This document shows, piece by piece, positions 56,454 through 64,000 of a DNA stretch of 64,000 nucleotides (the first letter of the stretch is position 1; every line of letters begins with the position of its first letter). This DNA comes from the human T2T-CHM13v2.0 reference genome, Homo sapiens, in the NCBI RefSeq assembly GCF_009914755.1, contig NC_060939.1, one strand, 5' to 3'. Both the position numbers and the translations under genes were made by a program. The notes beneath the pieces were generated by a model. That model did not search any database. It was not told where the DNA came from and saw only the letters and a program-made list of their open reading frames with translations.

Positions 56454-57423
56454 GTTAGCTCCTATACTTTTTTTGACATGTCTCTATCCTCTCTTATTTT
56501 TAGGTTTTTGAATACTTACTTCCTTTTTGACACTACAAGATGCTCCAGGTTCATCCTGTATTTTTCTTGTTCCAATTGTAAAATCACCCGTTTCTCTACA
56601 GAGCCCTGGATTTTCTTATTGAAGAATTATATTTAGAAATCAAAATCTAGGTGCTAGGTATGCTCATTATAACGGGGGTTCACTGTGTCTAGACCCTCTC
56701 AGTGAATAGTGCTAGGGAATATTTTATGCATACTAACATACACATTTACATTTGTGTATCTTTCTAGTGATATGTTAAAAGAAACATGAATTTATACTAT
56801 TTGTAATTCTAATGCAGCATAACATGGTTCACTCAGATCTCCCCCTCTGCTTTGTTTATTTGTAATCTCTTCCTGCTATAATGAGAAACCTGGCTCCCAT
56901 TATCTATAAATTATTTATTTGTTCATATAAGTGAATAAATTCAAATAAGCAAGGTATATGACATATGTATAATTTTAGAATTGCTAACCCAGTCCCGGTG
57001 TGAAAAATGGTTAGAGAACAATGGCTGTGTTCAGTTCTTTTTATCTTTAGCTTTGCCATATCAAGTAAAATTACCATTTCCACAGTTGCTTAGGTCAGCT
57101 CCCCACCTCCTGCCCCAATCCCCCAACCCTGCACCTTAGTGAGTTTATATCATAGACATGTGTGATACAATTAGACTAATTTTTTACAGTCTGCATTCCA
57201 TCCTGAATCCCTCAACATCCTAGTTGAGTTTTTAAAAAGCATTTTAGTAAAATGGTGCGCAATTCTATATTTTTCTGCCTTCTGCTTGCATTAATATTAT
57301 CAGTTACTCACTTTAAATCTTTTCTTATATGAGCATTTATTTCTATAAATTTTCCTCTAAATGCTGTGTTAGCTGCATCCACAAACTTTGACTTGTATTT
57401 TTATTTTCTTTTAGTTCACACAC

Positions 57424-57727
<304 letters not shown>

Positions 57728-58676
57728 TAATTGTTTTGAGCCTTCTGTGTCTCACAGATTATTTTAAAGCATGCTGTTTAATTTCCAAATATTTGGTCAT
57801 TTCCAGGTATCTTTCCATTATTTATTTTTTGTTTAATCAATTATAGTCTGAGACCACATTTTGTACAGTTTCTATTCCTTCAAGTTTATTTTCTTGTTTC
57901 ATGCCCCCACTCCCGACCCAAAAACAAAAAGCAAAATCTATCTTGGTGACTGTTTCACATGCACTTGGGAAGAATGTGTATTCTGCTGTTGTTGGGTGGC
58001 ATATTTTATAAATATCTGTTAGGTTAAGTTGGCTGATGGTGTTGGTTAAGTCTCCAATTTCCTTACTGATTTTCTGCCTACTTATTCTGTTAATTACTGA
58101 AAGAAAAATGTTGAAGTTCCTAACTCTAGTTGTGAGTTCATCTATTGTCTATTTACTTTTTTCCCCATTTCTTAGTACTTGCCTCATATACTTTGAAGTT
58201 CTATTGTTAATACACATTTACAATTTGTGCCCCTTGTAGAATTGATTTCATTATTATCCAGTGTCCCTCCTTATCCTTAATAATATCCCTTGTTGTGAAG
58301 TTTATCTGAAATTAATATAGTCATTCCGGGTCACTTTTAGTTAGTGGTTGCATGCTATAATTTTTACCATCCTTTTACTTTATCTAATCTGTGTCTTTAC
58401 ATTTAAAGTATGTTGCTTTGAGATAGCATATTGCTTTGTGTTGCATTTTTTGTTCATTCTGACAGCCATAGGTGTGTTTAGATCATTCAGATTTAAAGTG
58501 ATTATTGATATAGCTGGATTAAAATCTACCAACTTGCTAGCTTTTTCCTATTTTGTTTTATTAATTCTTTGCTTTCTTCTCCTCTTTTTTGTATTCCAGG
58601 GTTTAATTAAATTTTTTTTTATGATTTCACTTTATGTCCTCTGTTTATTTACTATTTATACTTCTTTAAAAAACTT

Positions 58677-58992
<316 letters not shown>

Positions 58993-59033
58993 AAAACTTT
59001 TTAGTTGTTTTAATAGGGTTTGTAATGTAAGTT

Positions 59034-59397
59034 TGATATGGTTTGGCTCTGTGTCCCCACCTAAATCTCACCTTGAATTGTAATTTCCATAATCCCCACG
59101 TGTCAAGGGCAGGACCAGGTGGAAGTAACTGAATCATGGGGGCAGTTTCCCCCATGCTGTTCTTGTCATAATGAGTGAGTCTCACTAGATCTGATGGTTT
59201 TATAAGCGTCTGGCATTTCCGCTGCTTGCATTCATTCTCTCTCCCACTGCCCTGTGAAGAGGTGTCTTCCACCATGATTGTAAGTTTCCTAAGGCATCCT
59301 CAGCCATGTGGAACTGTGAGTCAATTATACCTCTTTTCTTTATAAATTACCCAGTCTCAGGTATTTCTTCATAGCAGCGTGAGAATGGACTAATATG
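59034..59397 (+). mobile_element. THE1C-like MaLR solo LTR
   Basis: 'tgatatggtttggctctgtgtccccacc' to 'gagaatggactaatatg'; TSD AAGTT (59029-59033, 59398-59402). Confidence 0.93.
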
Positions 59398-59642
59398 AAG
59401 TTTTAATTTAGATAAGTCCATCTTCAAATAATACTATACTCCTTCATGTTTTTTGCTAGAACCTCATGCCAGTGTTTTCCCAATTCCTCCTTCCCACCCC
59501 TTATGCCATTGTTGTCATACACTTTACTCTTACATATGATACAAATACATAAACATTGTCACTATTAGTTATTTAACTTTTATAGCAACTAGAAGAAATT
59601 TTAAAAACTATTTTATTACTGATGTTTTAAAAATTTATTTAT

Positions 59643-59955
59643 GGCCGAGAGCGGTAGCTCACGCCTGTAATCCCAGCAACTTTGGGAGGCCGAGGCGGGC
59701 AGATCACGAGGTCAGGAGATCAAGACCATCCTGGCTAACACGGTGAAACCCCGTCTCTACTAAAAATACAAAAAATTAGCCAGGCGAGGTGGCGGGCGCC
59801 TGTAGTCCCAGCTACGCAGGAGGCTGAGGCAGGAGAAGGCGTGAACACCGGGGGGCGGAGCCTGCTGTGAGCCGAGATCGCGCCACTGCACTACAGCCTG
59901 GGTGAAAGAACGAGACTCCGTCTCAAAAAAAATAAAATTAAATTAAATTAAAAAT
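59643..59955 (+). mobile_element. AluY-lineage SINE (AluYe-like diagnostics)
   Basis: 'ggcgaggtggcgggcgcc', 'gctacgc', 'ggggggcggagcctgc'; CpG-rich; TSD aaaaatttattt(a/g)t. Confidence 0.9.
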
Positions 59956-61882
59956 AAAAATTTATTTGTGTATATCTAAGTTTCTGTCCTATATGATATT
60001 CTTTTACAACTTTTTTATTAAAAACTTTCCTTATCATGCTGCAGTGATGTATTCTTTCTGCCTAAACTATTTCCTTTATAATTTCTGTAGAATGTCTGAT
60101 GCAAATGGTTTCCTCAGTGTTTTGCTTTGTTTTCTGAGAAATTCTTTAGTTACTCTTAGTTTTTTAAAAGATATTTTTACTGACTATAAAATAATGGCTT
60201 GACAGTTATTTTAAGTGTAAAACTTCATTGTCTCCTTTCTTATTTTCTGATGTTTATTGTAATAATTATCTTGTTACTTTATGGCTAATGTTCTTTCTCC
60301 CTATGACTGCTCTTAAGATTTTCTCTTTGTCTTTCATTAAATATGACATGACAGGTATGTTTTCATTTAAATTTTTTTTATCCTGCTCGATATCCTGTGA
60401 GCTTTTTAAACCGGTGAGTTTGACATCACTTGTTAAATTTGGACCATTCTTGGCCATTATATCTTTATATTTTTTTCATTGTCCCATTAATGCCCTTGCT
60501 ACTTCTTCCTTCTGGATTCTAAATATGCATATGTTAGACCATTTGAAATTATCCAATAGACCTTGGATTCACAGTTTTGTTTGTTCCCTGTTCTTTTTTT
60601 CTGTTTGTGTTTCTGTTCGGGTAATTTCTACTGACATATCTTCAAGCTCACTCATTCTTTCATTGGCTGTGTCAAGTCTACTTATGAAGCCATCAAAGAA
60701 ATTCTTCATTTCTATGACCATGTATTTGATTTCTAGAGTGTTTTTAGCACTGGAATTTTTCTAATAGTTTTCATCTTTGTGCTGCAATTACCTATCCAAT
60801 TTTGTATGTCATCCATCTTTTCCATTAGAGCTGTTAACATATTAGTTATCGATATTTTATATTCCTTGTCCAATATTTGGTCATATTTAAGTCTGGTTCT
60901 GATGATTGCAATGTCTCTTTTGTTTTTCCTTGTCTTTTAAATTTTTTATGTTTTATAATTTTTTGTTGAAAACTAAACATGTTGAATAGGGCAATAATAC
61001 TTAGGTAATCTTTTTAATATAGAGATAAACATGGCTTTCCTTTCGCTAGGACTTTAGTGTGGGTGTTTGTGTTAATCTAGTCAAGATTTAGATTGGATAT
61101 GAAGTTTGTTATGGCTGTGGTTATCCTCAGTGCATCAAATTTCCCTGTGTGATTTCTTGCTTATCCCTTTGGCTTTGGAACTTCCCTGTATGCTGCTTGT
61201 CAGGGACAGTCTGTTTCTTGCAGCTCTCTCAGTTATATTTCATTGTTATTTTTATTCAATATGTGGTGGTGGGTGGTATGGAGGGATATTCTCTGATGTT
61301 TCGATTAAACTTCAGTATTAGGGAGGCCTAGATGTAATGCTAGGCCTAGCATATCTTCATACACATTCCTCAAGAAGAGAATTTTTCCTCTGCTCCTTCT
61401 TCTACTTCAGTTGTAGTAGATTTCTATCATTGTCTTTATGTTACAATTTTGATGGCCTTCCTATTGCATATTGAGGCTTATCTTCCTTAGGGGTGATGGT
61501 TTGGGGAAGGTTTAATATGGTTTCTGTACTTCTCCCACAACCAGCACCATAGGACAAGATTTCTCAGAACTTTTCTTAACTTTCCTTATGAGTTTGCTAG
61601 AGAAAAAATTTGCAAGAAGGTACAAGCTCCTTTATGTTGGTGATCATTTTTGGGATTTTGCACTCACACACTAGGTCACACTAAGCCCTCAGCATTTGTT
61701 AGAAATGTTCTAGCCTAATCTGTTTACCAGCTTATATAGTGTTTGGGAATGTCTTTCCCAGGTAAACAAGACTCTGTTCCTGTTTCTTCCTGTAAGCACA
61801 TATCTCTCTCTAGATTTGTAGTCAGTCCTTTGTCTGTCAACCTGAGTGCTATGATGAGTTCAATAAAAGTCATTTTTTTCAC

Positions 61883-62440
<558 letters not shown>

Positions 62441-63019
62441 TGATTTAAAACTGGAAGCCTTATGTGTTTTTGAAATGCTATTTACATGCATCAAATGATT
62501 TTGAATGATTGAATCAATCCAAAAGAGTCAAGCTGTTTTTTTGATAGACTAGACTCTTTCTTTGATTTGGTAGTTCATATCCAGTTAGTCAAACAATATT
62601 GTGCATTTACTCAGAACTGGAGTATGGGGCAAATATACAATATATGGATAGAGTCTTTAGTCCCTACAGTCAATGAGTTGGGTGCTGTATGAGCTCTTTT
62701 TAATTGCCTACTTCTTTTAACTTCTTGCCTTCACCCCACTTCTTTTTATTATACACAATATTGAGAGCAGAAAATGTAGAGAAGAATACCATGAGGGTTT
62801 GGGTGGAATCAAGCTAGCCTACTACAGATTCCAAAAGGTAGTGTCAGTGATGCAGGCTGGTAAAGGAGACAAGAACCATTGCCTGGCTTATCTGGTGGAG
62901 ATAGAGGCCTACCAGCATTATCAAGGATTGGTCACATTGTTAGGAAAGGATTGGAGGGCGTTGAACTGGTCAAAAGAGCAGGCAACACCCTGTCTTGACC
63001 GTGAGTACAAACCGAGATA

Positions 63020-63760
63020 TTTTGTCTCTCCTTCTTTGGTATATTGCAAAGATTTTTGGGTTCCTCTTCACCTAAAAGTGCCAGCAAAACCCCAAGTTTC
63101 TATTTAAGTTCTGGGCTTTCTTCAGAGATCCCCACCATATCCTGGTGAAAATAGACTGTTATGGGGTGCATAGTCATGCTGATCCATTTCTGTAGTTCTT
63201 GATGGTTTCTTCTGTCAGGAGAACAACCTATCCATACCTGATTTTTACAGTGATACCAGATGAGTATATTTTCCAGATCCATTGGTCCCATATTTTTGGA
63301 CCTTGGGCCAGATTCTGAGATCCAAATTCTCCTTAAACTTTAGAAGTTTCACCAGGAACTTTTTGAAAGGGTGAATTTTTTTTTAACCTTTAAGAAAGTT
63401 GGACAATGACTGCTTCAGTTGTCCTTGATCTTCTTTGTATCAACTGTTGCTAAGGAAATATATCTCACATTGATATATTTGTTTAAAATGTGGACATAAA
63501 ACTAATGGTACTAAACATCTGTGTATATCCTTTTCCTTGGCTCTTGTCTTAACTGATCTTATAGACAGTAACCAGGGTCTTTCATTATGTTATTAATATA
63601 AAATTTGAACCTCAATGCAACACAGAGGCAGTTCTTTTTAGAGCTTAAGTGTCTTCTGGAGCTGATTTATGGTTTCTTTGGAGGTGTTGGTGGTAACTAT
63701 CCTCACCTGCACAGTGGAATCTGGATGGTTTACTTATTGTTCATGGTAGAGTTGCTCCTA
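63020..63760 (-). mobile_element. Possible ancient RTE/CR1-type LINE reverse-transcriptase relic
   Basis: Minus strand 63236-63181 reads Y-G-*-VVLLTEE / (frameshift) QELQKWI, reminiscent of the YADD-xxLLAE-xxELQ segment of non-LTR RTs. Confidence 0.3.
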
Positions 63761-63779
63761 TTGGTTTATTTGGTCATGG

Positions 63780-64000
63780 AAAGTGGATCTGAAAAGTTGA
63801 ACACATAGCAGCAGAGGGTAGAATGGTACTTACCAGGGCTGCGGAGGTGGGTCAGGAGATGTTGGTTAAAAGATACAAAATTTCAGTTAGATAGGATGTA
63901 TAAGTTCAAGAGATCTACTGTACAACATGAACACTACAGTTAATAACAATGTATTATATACTTGAAAATTGATAACAGAGTAGATTTTAAGTGTTCTCAA
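63780..64000 (+). mobile_element. L1MA 3'UTR fragment (runs off the window)
   Basis: 'tacaaaatttcagttagatagga...taagttcaagagatctactgtacaacatg...gttaataacaatgtattatatacttgaaaattg'. Confidence 0.9.

Noticed and set aside
60228-60764. Longest ORF in the track (178 aa)
   Set aside because: Antisense to the ORF1 region of an old L1, with F/L/S bias and a non-ATG start.

Overview
Primate (human-like) genomic DNA, AT-rich and intronic or intergenic in character, with no supportable protein-coding gene, RNA gene or CRISPR array. Most ORFs in the track come from Alu, L1, LTR or microsatellite sequence, or are short and resemble no protein I recognise. Both ends of the window are dense in retroelements: old minus-strand L1s at 1-2.4 kb and a nested L1/Alu/THE1 pile at 49.4-62.5 kb. 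The middle holds L2 and MIR relics, an ERV1 solo LTR with OCT motifs, a decayed Charlie1 hAT transposon, and several repeat-poor stretches with enhancer-like motif clusters. The standout is a ~300-bp GC-rich insert at ~37990-38290 that splits an old L1. It matches my recollection of the CASZ1 N-terminal coding sequence and is preceded by intron-like sequence ending in a splice acceptor. It has no poly(A) tail or TSD, so it looks like an unprocessed, ectopically captured gene fragment rather than a retrocopy. Other oddities are two 5'-inverted (twin-primed) L1 insertions, a 69-bp triplication at an L1 5' end, and an Alu with a 183-bp internal tandem duplication. Repeat subfamily names and the CASZ1 match come from memory of consensus and protein sequences, not from a search.
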